A stretch of 64,000 nt of DNA from Aplysia californica (lineage: Eukaryota), in NCBI RefSeq assembly GCF_000002075.1, contig NW_004797272.1:3658195-3722194 (forward strand), given 5' to 3'. The translations under genes were made by a program, and so were the position numbers. Positions 26,001-38,100 of the stretch are shown piece by piece. A model generated the notes under the pieces. It searched no databases. It saw only the letters and a list, made by a program, of their open reading frames with translations, and was not told where the DNA came from. Each line of letters opens with the position of its first letter. Position 1 is the stretch's first letter.

Positions 26001-26967
26001 CTAACCTTAAAGGATTGATTACTTGATACTTCCAGCCCTGTAATGGACTGGGAATTGTCAAAAGGTGTTACAAAAGTATACTTGTATGGATTAATTCACC
26101 TGTCTGTGGTAATGTATTCAGTCTGCACTGAAAAAGCACTTTAATATTTTTTCCCATCCTCATATTCTCTTTGTGACATCTGGCCTCATGGCAAACATCT
26201 CTGTTCTATAATTTTATGTACATTTTATGGTATCATGGGGCCTATAATGAGGCTATTATTTATTATGAGGATATTATAATATAATCAGTTTTGGCACGAG
26301 ATGCAGCTGTTCCCAAGAGCAAAAATCCACTAGTTGTTTTACACGGATGAGAATTTTACACTACTTATGTTTATTAATTATTACACTCGTGGTATAATGG
26401 CCACTGAATGACTGTAGCACTGCCCCATTAACTCTGTTCGCATTTTTCGTACAAATTACTCAAGCACCTGTCTCATCACTCTAGAGATGTGTTATTTTTT
26501 TTCAGTTTTTAGACTGACTTCTTGAAATATACTGAAAATGAGATGAAGATCAAATTCCTCATGAAATGTTGGAATCCATACTTTTTTTGTTGCAGAATAT
26601 TTTAACTTGATTTGTTTGATGTTTGTTGTGTTTCTTTGGCTGTAAAGTGCTATGCCTGTTTTTTTTTGTTTTCTTTTTGTGTTTTTGTTGTTGTTGGTGT
26701 TTTGTTTTAATTTTCTCTTCTCCATTTGAACAATATTCATCAAACAAGTGTCAGCTTCTGTTCCATCATTCTATCATTGGTGTTAAGTAATCCAGATTTT
26801 TTCAAAGATTGAGACCTATCAATTTGAGGTGTCTTATATCTGTGGGAGGAGACAATGGTATACATGTATTACTAAATATTGTTAGAAGTAAGTCATCAGA
26901 TTCACATAGTTAAGGAATTTGCGAGATAGATGTCATGCTTGAAGGTTGATTTTTAAAAAGTGTAATA

Positions 26968-27145
26968 GTGGGGTGGTTGGCGGGTGCTCTGGTGTGGTTT
27001 GCTTCTTCTTTTCTATCAAACATCTGTTGTCTTTATCTCCCCTCCTTCTTTTTTGTGTTTGTTACTCTCTCGTAATACCTCTAATCTTCGGCTTTTATAT
27101 GACCTTATTGTGTTGCAAGTGCTGTAAAACTTTTACTAAAACTAA
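26968..27145 (+). mobile_element. Head-less short retroposon (family C), best-preserved copy
   Basis: gggtggttggcgggtgctctggtgtggtttgc...tatgaccttattgtgttgcaagtgctgtaaaac. Related copies near 16810, 22420, 24715, 27370, 42005, 44660(-), 46080(-), 61900 and 62258. Confidence 0.7.
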
Positions 27146-28190
27146 ACTGGCTCAAATTCCCAATGGTTCGTTCTAAATTCTAAAGGTGAGGTTGTTTTGG
27201 GGCTTTAAACTAATTTAAGGATCTTCACCCGTTTGGCTTGGTCCAATGGGAGATGGACATTAAGTTCAGAAGTCCTGCCTATTTAAGAAGACAAGTGTTG
27301 GAAGGGATTTTAAACAAGGACCAGTTATAATGACTTTTCTGTAGGACATGCTAATACTTGTCATGTACTCAGTGGGTGGTGTCTTTTGCTCCTGCTTTCC
27401 TATCAAACATCTCTCGTCCTTATCACTCTCTAAACTCTTTTTTTTTCTTTTTTTTTCTTTTTTTTTCTTTTTTTCTTTTTTTGTATGTTATACTCTCGTA
27501 AGGCATAATCTTGACACTTATAATGACCTAGCTCTAATTGTTTTGCAAACACTGTAAAACTAGTAAAACTTTCACTTAAAAAAAAGAAAGATAAAATACT
27601 CTGCTCATTATTTTCTTCCCGATGCTGTCATTGTTTGTTGAATTAGGCTACTGTTATGATGCTGGCTTGTATTTTTGTTTGTTTTGTTGTTGTTTTTTTC
27701 TGCTGACAATGGCAGTTTTAAAACAAAGTCACATACATTACATATATATTATATATATATGTAGTTAATTTTGTTAATTGGGTATAAGTGCAGAATGTTT
27801 GCAAGCGTTCAGATCTCATGTACATGTATTGTTGTAATAATGCGCCTGGGATTTTGAGTAGGTGGCGTATATTCATTAATTCAATTTTGTGTGTTCGGCT
27901 GCTATAATTCATGAAATGTTTGATTAACAGCTTGATATGTGTGTGCATTATTTCTTTTATGGTGTAGTGAATTATTGTTGGATTAAGGAAACATGTGCTA
28001 ACTCATCTCCCATACCCCCATCTCACAATAGTGCACGTTCCATTGTTATTTGTTTCTTGACGAGAGAGAGTGTGCGCCACGTAACTGTCAAATGAATCGT
28101 CATCTTCCATTGTTATTTAACTGAATACTTCATATTACATGTAGATGTTTTTATCATGTGGTTTGTTTGCTTTTCTTTTTTCAAGAAGCC

Positions 28191-28196
28191 AATAAA
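28191..28196 (+). terminator. Candidate polyadenylation signal of SLC28 copy 1
   Basis: AATAAA followed by GT/T-rich sequence, conserved in the duplicate at 43193-43198. Use is inferred only. Confidence 0.35.
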
Positions 28197-28284
28197 GTTT
28201 GTTAAAATGGTTTGAGACTTGTTCTAATTTTTCCTGTGAATTCGTTAGGTGTATGAATTCAGATCTGAAATTTGTTTCGGAATA

Positions 28285-28925
28285 GGGGTCTCAGGGGCAA
28301 GAGGTATGATGTTCGCCTCTCATTCAAAAGGTCCGAGTATCGAAAGAAGATATTCATGAAAAAATGTTCTTCTCTAAAAGTTTGTCCTTTCACCTCCTTC
28401 TTTCCTGTTTCCTTGTCCTGTTCTAGGCTATCGTTTACTCCTCCCTCCTCGCCCCTGTGCTTGGGACTTCTCTCGTGTAGACAGTACTGTCACTTTCCAC
28501 TCACCACCACCTTGCTAATCCCCCGGGGCGGTGCTACTGACTGGAGAAGTGTCTTTAGGCCTTTCCCAGGGGGGGGGGGCATTAACATCTCGAGTTCTTA
28601 TGCACAGTAAAATTGTAAATGGGCTGATTCATCAATGTCACGCTCGTAACTGTGCCTGACCTGCAACAGGGATCTGCTGCTTTTTCTTTCCTAATCCTTA
28701 TTATAGTCATTTTTCCTCTACTTCTTTTGTATGTTTGTCACACTCTTGTGACCCGCCATTCCCGGGGTGTCTTGATAGTCGAAGCAGACTTTGTGCTGTT
28801 GAAAGTAGAGAGGTGAACAGATTAAGTCTGATTCCCTCTAAGGACTTATCTGTTGACATCCACCCCTTGGCGCTCATATAACCTTATGCAGTTGCGAGCG
28901 CCGTAAAAACTCTACTAAAAACCCC
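28285..28925 (+). mobile_element. tRNA-derived SINE, family B (family A head, different body, same tail)
   Basis: Head gttcgcctctcattcaaaaggtcc as in family A; body matches 18790-19155; tail ggcgctcatataaccttatgcagttgcgagcgccgtaaaaac. Confidence 0.75.
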
Positions 28926-29714
28926 CACCTTGCTCGCTCCAACTTGGTGAGAGGTGAATTTAGTCAATTGGAAATGCGTTGCCGGTGCTAAAGGAGAGTC
29001 ACCAGCTTCCCCTCACCCTTTCACAAGGCAGCAAGCACCAACGAATGTTGTTGCGAGATATTTTTGGCATCACTAAATTTCGTGCACCTCGCTAGCACCA
29101 AAACTGATGCGCAGTATGTTCGCCTTTGGGGGCGAATTGTGGGTAAAATCAGGGGCGAAGCGTCTACATAATCAAATAATCACTGCTTCCCTTTCTAATT
29201 TTGAAACATTGTCGCTGTCAAATTCATCCTTAAACGTAAACCTCATAAATTAAATGTAAAAAGACGTTCGTAACCAACAACGAACAGTATGCCTAACATT
29301 CAAAACGGTTTCACGGCCACAGAAATAGCCTCCTCACCCCTCTCGGGCCACTCCATAAGCAGTCGCAAGCTTTGATTTTAAGTAAGCTTAAAGTGAGGCT
29401 GGAATAGAGTTGAAGGGAACATGTGCATGGCAGTCAAAGCTGTTTCATTGCCACATATACCCTGTTCACTCCTTTGGGGCCACAGTTAAAATCAATCTCA
29501 AGCCCTGATTAAGCAAGCTAACTAACACTGGTCGAGTCTACCTCACAAATGTAAGGGGAACTAACTCTTAATAATCTCTTGACTGCTGCTTGTGCTTGTT
29601 TTTTCCCCTCGACTTTTTACCGTCCTATAATCAGATCGTGACCTCGATTATGACACCAGCTCCTGGCCGCGAAAGGCTAACAAAAACAGCCAAATGTGAA
29701 ATTTAAAAAATAAT

Positions 29715-32700
29715 TAGTTGGGTAAAAAACAATAGTCCCGTGACCGTGGGCTCCGGAAGTTTGTTTTTCACATGTTTTATCATCTTCAAGGTCTAAGTAA
29801 GAAAATTAGCCCCCATGCCTCTTTTTAAAATTTGGGCGTTACCCGTGAGGCCTTGAAATCCAAGATGGCCGCCAAATGGCAAAAATCGATATTACTCATT
29901 GTCTTTTTCCAACACATATGAAGTGTGATACGTTACATATGCGTTTTTTTAGGTCAAGAAGTTCATTTTTAGGGTCATTTTTAGCCTTTCGTAAAATATA
30001 AGTGCAAAAAATCCAATATGGCTGCCGTCGTCCATATTGAAAATGGGAAAAACGTTGGTATCACAAATAGTAACTTAAGGTTCACGAATTTACTGATCTA
30101 GGATAATTCTTTTTTTTTGTATCATCTCATATTTTTTGTATTTTCCAAGCTGTGTAAATCCAGTTTGGCCGCTCATCAAATATGCACACACATACAGCAT
30201 CCGTAGTATGGGAGCCTTGTCTGTACTTTTTGCATATGTGTAAACCTGTGACCATTGATCTATAACACTGCAGGGCAGGATTCACTGTGTAGATCTGATT
30301 TCGCAGCATTTTAGAATCGATGCAACCCGCAAAAAATATCGCCGTTAAGGGATAATATGCAGTTTAGACGTTCAAAAGATAATCTTACATAATTAGAAAG
30401 AACATTAATCTAAAGGACAATAACCTGTTTAGTCTTTACTCTCGTCTTTATCTTGATCAGTTTGGTTTACAAGCTTGCTACATTCATTATTGCTAGTATG
30501 AATGGAGGCTGTGGTATTAAAGCTATCCAAAATTGACAACTGTTGGGGTATCGCAGGAAGACTAGGGCGAACTTGCCAGCATTGCCTATTTAACAGTTGC
30601 AATCCATGCATGGATAAGGATGGCCTGACATGAATGAGCATAACGTGAACGAAAAAAAAATTCATTCAGGTGTCCCTTCAGCAGTGACGCCAGAATAGCC
30701 CACAAATCTGTAAGCCGCTTGGAGTATTTGTGGTGACCATAATAAGTGATGAACCTGATCGAATGCAGATGTCATATTGACTATATTGGCTACTCTTCAG
30801 CGTCTTTCAGATGGCATGCATTAACATTTTGATCCAGTGAGTTTGACATCTCCAGTTGACACCTAAAACTTTTCCATGTCTGTGTCAGGCTGTTCGTACA
30901 CTTGCTTGGCTAGTTCCTTTTTTTTCAACATTCTCCCAAGCTGCATTGTAGCCACCAATATGAGTTCTTGAGATGCATTGGGAACATTTAGGTTGTCCTT
31001 TACATTGAAGGATTTGTGCTTCCTATGCTGATGAATCTGTCATGGGCAAGAGCTTCTCTCAACAAAAGAATACACCCAACACCAATAGCCCGTTATGTTT
31101 CTCTAGGAAAGCTTGGTATGCAGTTCAGGCTGCAACCACAAAAGTCAGCCAACCCAGTTCCTTTAAAGAGTATGAAAGAAGCGTATTTGTATGCCATTTT
31201 AAAAAATGAAATGCCCCCCCCCCCCCCCCCAAAAATAAAATTGGAACAATATCCTGACACTCAGGAACTTCCTGATGGCCTGCTGGTTCACGGTTACTTT
31301 CAATTGGAGATTAAGTTAATTTAATCTTCAACTTTGCAGTGATTTCGTTTTTCAATATTACCAGTAGGGGACCTTGGTTGTCATAATTTCTTTCACTGGC
31401 TTCTTAAAACTGTAGGTAAATTTTTATCTAATGAGCCCTAGTCACATCCCCTCATGACGCATCGGCTTTGAATAGAGCTAATCCTGATCAACGATGACAA
31501 TAGCAAGTTTTTCCACTGGCAATTTCTTGTGGAAAAGTAAAAGATGTTTTCATATCCTGCAAATCCATACAGTCCAGATGCTGATATATGTATCGGCATC
31601 ACTTTTGAGCATAGTATCCGTCAAATTTCTGCTCCTTTTGACACCGTGCATAGGCCTACTTATGCCCATCTTAATGACTGTGCTCCCAATTTCTCCACGT
31701 GCTTAGTAAACCATAGTTGTTGGCCTATACATATTTTTTTCAGATTCTTGAGCAGTGTTATACAGTTACGTTTCAAGAGTAATGGGGCCATTTCTTCACT
31801 TTCTTCAGGCTCTTTTGTCAGGTAGCCACGTTACTATGTCTCTTTCCTGTATCTGTTACACAATCGAGGCGCAACATTTTGGATCACCTTCTGGTCGCTT
31901 ACCCCAAGAGCTTGTATTGCTGACCTGTTATAATATTCCCTTCCTTTAATATCACACAACCACTCATGTTTGTTCTTTTCCTTTTCGTACTTAAAGCCTA
32001 TGGAATCTCTGCATTTCTTAGTACGGAACTCCGACCGATATGCCGATTTCATATTCCCAACTGCATACCCACAGTCATCGGGAATGTGCTAGTGATCTTC
32101 AAGAAGGGACTTCAATGAACGTATATATTTGTCCTTTAAAAATTTGATATGCTTTCAAAACGTTTTGAAAAAGAAATCTGAAAGATTTATTTTCTAAAGA
32201 CTCATTGCCGAACCAGACTCTCCACCGCCTTGGGATACGTGCTTGTTCCAACGTTCAGGGTGGTAGCTGATGTTTGCAAAAGAACCAGACAGGGTAGAAG
32301 TAGACAAGGAAACTTTTGACAGTCCATCCTTAAGGTCTGGATCTTCACGCCAGAAAAGTCTTGCCGTCGTCTCTTTCCATTTAAAGTTCAAGGGTTTTTT
32401 TTAAAGTGTGTGTGTGGGTTGTTGTTATTTTTTAAAGTATTACAATTATTGTGAAAGAATCAGAAGGTGCATGAAATAGTTCCACGGGACATCTGTCCAC
32501 TGAGTGGATTCATAGAGATCACACATTTATCAAGCCCTCACCACTTTCAGATTTTGTTTTCACAGTGTTTCACGGAGACTGGTTTATATATGAGAGGGTT
32601 TGAGTGGCTTTTTCAATTCACGTGTTTAAGCAAACACTCACACAAGACAGACACATTGTTCTCGTATTTAAAAAAACAACAATTTTTGGAGTAAAAAATA

Positions 32701-33682
32701 AGTGTTATACTGACATCATTTTCTCATTCTTTATGTTGCATTTATCTGAAAAGAAGAGAAATACCAGTTTAGAAGCGTGGTGGATACAAATTAATACCTT
32801 TGGGGCAAATATATTTGATTAAAGTACAAGCAGGGCATTCTTTACCATCCGCAGGCAAAATGGGACAAATATTCCTCTTCACCGTAAGCGACCAATCACA
32901 AGTCAACATCTATGAATGAGGGCAATAAGTATGTTACTGTTGGAGACAGTATAGCAAGCGGTGCATAGCTTAGTTTCAAAATGGTAAATTCGAATCAGTT
33001 TTCTTTTTAGAAACACATTTAAAAAAATTATGAGTATATATAAATTGGCAACACTAATTCTATATTATTAGTTAGCTTTTAAAACTTGCTCTAATGGAAC
33101 ATCCGATCTTTCGGGGATGTTTTTACTTTCATTGTCAAGGAATGTCGTAGTTTAAGGTTTTGTTACAACACGCACAATGCCTTGATCGCGCACCGAAATG
33201 CCATCCGGGGAATCCCGCTGTGTTATAGGCAAAATTTTTGCGGCACCTTTACGAATTTGTTTTGTTCTACCTATTTCTGCATGACAATTAATACTAGATC
33301 TACAGTAATGCATCCAACCTGTTTATGTGTATGCCACAAGTGACCAAATGGACGAATCCAGTTCAAACCGTTTCAAATAAAAGATCAAAACTGAGGGTGA
33401 TCATGTCATGATTTTGGAATTGTGACAGACGCGATCAGAGGCATTGTCCCCAAGCGAATGTAAACAAAACAGTCCATTGCGGTGATTATGCTAGCCAGTT
33501 ACCTGAACTTTTTTTGCATGTTAACACGGTACAAAGTTTACATGTAAATTATGTACAACGCCCACTATTTTCAAAGAGGCATGGGAGCTAAATTTTCTTT
33601 TTAACTCCTAAAGTCTCCAAAAAGCCAAAGAACGCGACTTCTGCGCTCCACGGTCACGGAATGTCTCATTTTGCTTCAACTA
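29715..33682 (-). mobile_element. Decayed Academ-type DNA transposon
   Basis: TAG...CTA termini, ~125-bp imperfect TIRs (ccgtgaccgtgg/ccacggtcacgg; ccatgcctcttt/aaagaggcatgg), 3-bp TSD aat (29712-29714, 33683-33685), subterminal aatccaagatggccgcc motifs. Interior has only broken ORFs; the strand is tentative. Confidence 0.7.
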
Positions 33683-34267
33683 AATAATTGTCATGTTCTA
33701 CCAAAGAGTTAGACTCACTGGTAGATCTATAACATATAGATCTAGTACTGACATCTCTGCTTCTTTGCTTTGTGTTTATGTATTCACATCTAAAGCGAAG
33801 TTTAATTTTAGTGGGAACTGATATTTAATAAGATACTTTCCCGATTATTTTGGCGGTTGAACATGCAATATGAATTCCGGATTTGTTTTCATTCACAACT
33901 CAGAGTCGCCGCCTCGAGTAAGATTCTTGTGTGATATCTACAGGCCATATCTGGTCCCATTTCACTTTGATTACCCTGTCAAACAAGTCAGCCTTCGCCC
34001 CTGGGTAAAATTTCTTACTTAAACGTGATGATCAAACGTTGCTATGGTAACAATGTTTCTCGAAAGCTGGTTCTCCTCTTTTCCAATTAAATATAGTCCC
34101 ACTTTAGAAAGAAATTGAAAAATAGCAGAACAGGCCACATCTTTGTGTTTTAAACATTGTTTCTCCCATGAACGTACTTCTAAAATGATGATTTTCGTCG
34201 TTGGTGGCTTTTGTGCACCCAGTAGCTACGTCTGGGTTTTTTTTTTACTTCGATTACTCAACCAAGA

Positions 34268-34530
34268 GTTGAGGGTGTGGTGGCGGAACGGTAAGTACGC
34301 TCGTCTCCGAAGCGGAAAAGTCCGGGTTCGAGCCTCGGTTCGGACACGGATTTTTTCAACTCCCTCCTGCCCACCCAGCAGTAATGGGTACCCCTGACTT
34401 TGACTTTGAGGTGGGGAAGTAAAGGCGGGTGGAAAGGAACTGGCCACCCTACCACATTATGCTGAAGGCTCAGGAAGTTGTCTCACTAACTAGGCAATCC
34501 CCAATGTCCGGATCGGATGCGGGAACAACT
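34268..34530 (+). mobile_element. tRNA-derived SINE with cacccagcagtaatgggtacc (Nin-like) domain
   Basis: A box gtggcggaacggt, B box ggttcgagcc, 14-bp TSD ttactcaaccaaga (34254-34267, 34531-34544). Confidence 0.85.
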
Positions 34531-34648
34531 TTACTCAACCAAGAAAAAAGCACACATTCTGCGTCCCTACTGGAATTATGCTCATCATGAACAAAAGAAA
34601 ATGTAAACAACTCGGTTTTTTAAACGTGTTTTCTTAACGACTAAATAA

Positions 34649-35158
34649 GGGAACACTCGTGGTCAAGAGGTTACGGTGTTTGCCTCTCATTTAATAGGTC
34701 CCGGGTTCGAATCCGGACAGCGACAGAAAATTTTCTTCTCTAAAATTTCCATATTCTGTCGTCTGCTGTCGTCTCCACTTTCTGCTCCCTTCCCCCTCCC
34801 TTCTCCCCTTTGCCCCCTCCTCTGGGCTCCTGACTCTTTCTGTAGCTTTTCTACTTCTACTGCTACTCCTCGGCTGCTTCTCACTGCTGTCTTTCATCCA
34901 CAGAACTGATCTTATGGTAGGTAAGATCTAACACCTAGCCTTCTCGGATAACGGCTCAAAATCTCAGAGGTCCCGTGTGCAAGATGCGCAAGTTGAAGAT
35001 CCATTGGTGGTCCTAAAATTGATAAGAGTAAGCTTCGGCCGCCATCCGGGCAAAATTCAAAATTTTCTACCTACTGAAAAACTGTTCTATTGTGTCCCGC
35101 TCGCTCATATGATCTTAAGCAGTTGCGAGCGCCGTTAAACACTTACCCAAAAAATAAA
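34649..35158 (+). mobile_element. tRNA-derived SINE, family A
   Basis: Colinear with the reverse complement of 15433-15949; A and B boxes plus the shared tail. Confidence 0.8.
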
Positions 35159-35199
35159 AGATGATTTGAAACTACATTTAACATAACGATGTATCAGAA

Positions 35200-38100
35200 C
35201 TAACCAAGTCAAATCAGGAACCTCCCATATTTCTATTAGTGGACTCAGCAGCCACACATGCAGTCAGGAGGTTTGTGACGATGCCACCAAGCAGAGCAGT
35301 TACTGCCAGCTGAGCTAGGTCTCCCAGCCGGTTAGGAACCATAGGGCACAGACCTCCAAGTTGGATACCAACGGAGCCTAAATTAGCAAACCCACACAGA
35401 GCGTAGGTGGCTATAATCTCTGAGCGAATCTGTCACGAAATAAAACATACTAAGGTGTAATAACTAAAGCAAAAATAAAAAACAGCAAACAAACAACAAC
35501 AAACAAACAAACAAAATAACAAAACAACAATGTGACATCCTGCATCCATACCCTATCCTTACTCAATAAAACACTCACATTCTTATTTTCCTCTCAATTA
35601 TTTTCTTGTCCACTTTTATCTGTTTGATTACATAAAAATTGTTCTTACCAGTACTGTACATGTACTGCCTTTCTCATGCAACTAGAGGATTTTAATCAAC
35701 GCCAAACTACTGTCTCTTGTGCAAATATATAAATAAAACACAATATTTGATGCTGAGCTTTGAGCCATGAAATTGTAGGCCCTATGTCTAAATAATTTGC
35801 ATGCACACAAAATACTCAGAACATTACCTGAAAACCCCCCAACCCAAACAAATGACAAACCAAGTCCAACCATTGGGAAGTCATAAACAGATAAAAGCAG
35901 TTTGGAAGAGGGAATTGCACTACCATATTCCACAATATTGTATTTCACTTTTAAATAAAGGTTAAAAAATCAAAGTATGGTATTGACTTTTTTTTTCTCC
36001 TTAATTCTATAAATCAGTGGGCTTCGACTTTTACAGGACCACCAGGACCAACGTATCCCCATTACAACCAAATGCTGTTGTAGTAGTGGGGCCCACTGTA
36101 CTGATATAGGAGGGATAACATACAAATATCACACTGAATTTTCTCTACACGATATAACAACATATTCTGACCACACTTTCAGAAATAACCATTCCGCCAC
36201 GACAAAAAAACAAACAAACAAACCCGATTGTCGATAAAACTTGACAGTTTGTCATATGCAAGAGACTCGTTGAGGAAAGTCTCTACTCCAAGCAACTCGG
36301 CGACTGTTCCAGCCTCTTCCCACTCCACACCCATCATGCAATCCAAGGGTATCTGCACACATAGGAACAGATCACCTGCGAATTGTCAAACGTTTCCATT
36401 AACAATAAGCATGATGCCTGGGATTTCCGATGACGTGCACAATTTCACGACAACATAAAACCAACCTGCCGGCAGTGACGTCTGCTGGGTTGTAAAGAGG
36501 GTGGGGCTTGCCGTGACCAAACATTGAGATCGCTCAGATGATAAAGGAAGGTTAATGACTGAAAAGACAGTGAAATTCAAATACGCATATAAAAAGGCAA
36601 GGTGAAAATATAAACAGGCTACATGTAGATTCAAAAGTATTACATTTTGTTAGTATAGTGGTAACACCACGTTTGAAACCAGGAAAACTGACTCACCTAT
36701 GCGGCATGCATGTACATGATTTGCGTCCTTTGGTTTTTATGTTGATTGGTGCATCCTTCTTGATGAACCATTCATGATTAAAATATCTTTTTCGCTTTCA
36801 TCTGTAGCAAGAAACGAAAATTCCTCTGCTTGATATGGTCTCAATCGCTTGGCAGATTCGAGAGCTTAGCTTCATGTAACAAAGAACTAAAGTGAGTTTC
36901 CAATAAGTATTCTACACGATACATTGCTGCATTGAAGAACAAACTTTTAATTCCAATCTAAATAACTACCTCAACTGACTGATACAATACAAAGAAGCTT
37001 GCTTCATTTTTCGTCTGATCTCCAAACACAGGACATAATTATGCTGCTAATACGGCACCAGCTATGGTGCCAAACCTTCCAATCATGACAGCATGGAGTT
37101 CAGAACGTGTCACGAGAGCCAGAAATGGACGAACCATTATTGGTGCCTCAGTCTGTGGGGATAAAAAAACCACACCTCTTTTTTGACCAGCTTGGTCGCT
37201 TCAAACAATAAAGAAAGCTATTTCCAGTTGTAGAAGTTTCCTCTCTCTTTCACCAAATTATGTTTATTCTTGCAGACAAGGCATCCACACAATGAAATAA
37301 ATGAAATACATGGATTAATAATAATATACTTTTTTACGGGAGGGGCTTAGTTGGGAATAGTTATTGATTTATCAATTGTATACACAGTTGGTCAAGGATA
37401 CAAAAATGGAATTTAAAACACTCTTGGGAAGGTTACAGGTAACAAAGGTAGTATGTTTATAAAGGCCGAAAGGGTTCACTTAATTTATTTTTATAAAGTA
37501 CGAACACAATAAGGTTACAATTTATCAAGAATCCATGTCAAGACTGAACAAACAACTTCTCTGCGAGGCAGCATTATGAAATAACACGCTCGTCAAAACA
37601 ATGAAATAAAAGAAACCGGCATTTTTCTGGGTGTTCGGAAATTTGTTTTTCAAACTTTCATATTTTGGCTGAACACCTTTTACGTCTTTGTGTCCTTTAT
37701 AAAACGCATTTCTGTGTGGAAGTTATCGAGAAAAGTTCATTAAAGGCACAAAAAAATGTAAACTTCCCGTCTTCAAGGATACTCAAGCTTTGGAAGTCAC
37801 CAAAATTCGGCGACCATTGTCTCGCTTATTTTACCTCCCATACGAAGCGACCACCGCCTCCTTCAATTGCAAATATCTCAACTTCTATTCAAGATAGATA
37901 CATTCTTTTCTGCCAAATGCAAGACAAAGATACAAGCTTAAAGATGACACCCTGTAAGCCGAAAATTGACGGGCGATTAATTCCACCGCACCGCGACACA
38001 AGGGATTTTATATGTGAAACAAGACTGATTTAAAAAAATAAAAAATTCGTGCAATACCTAAACAAACAGAGAAGGCCTAAAATTAAGGGAGCAAATTGAT

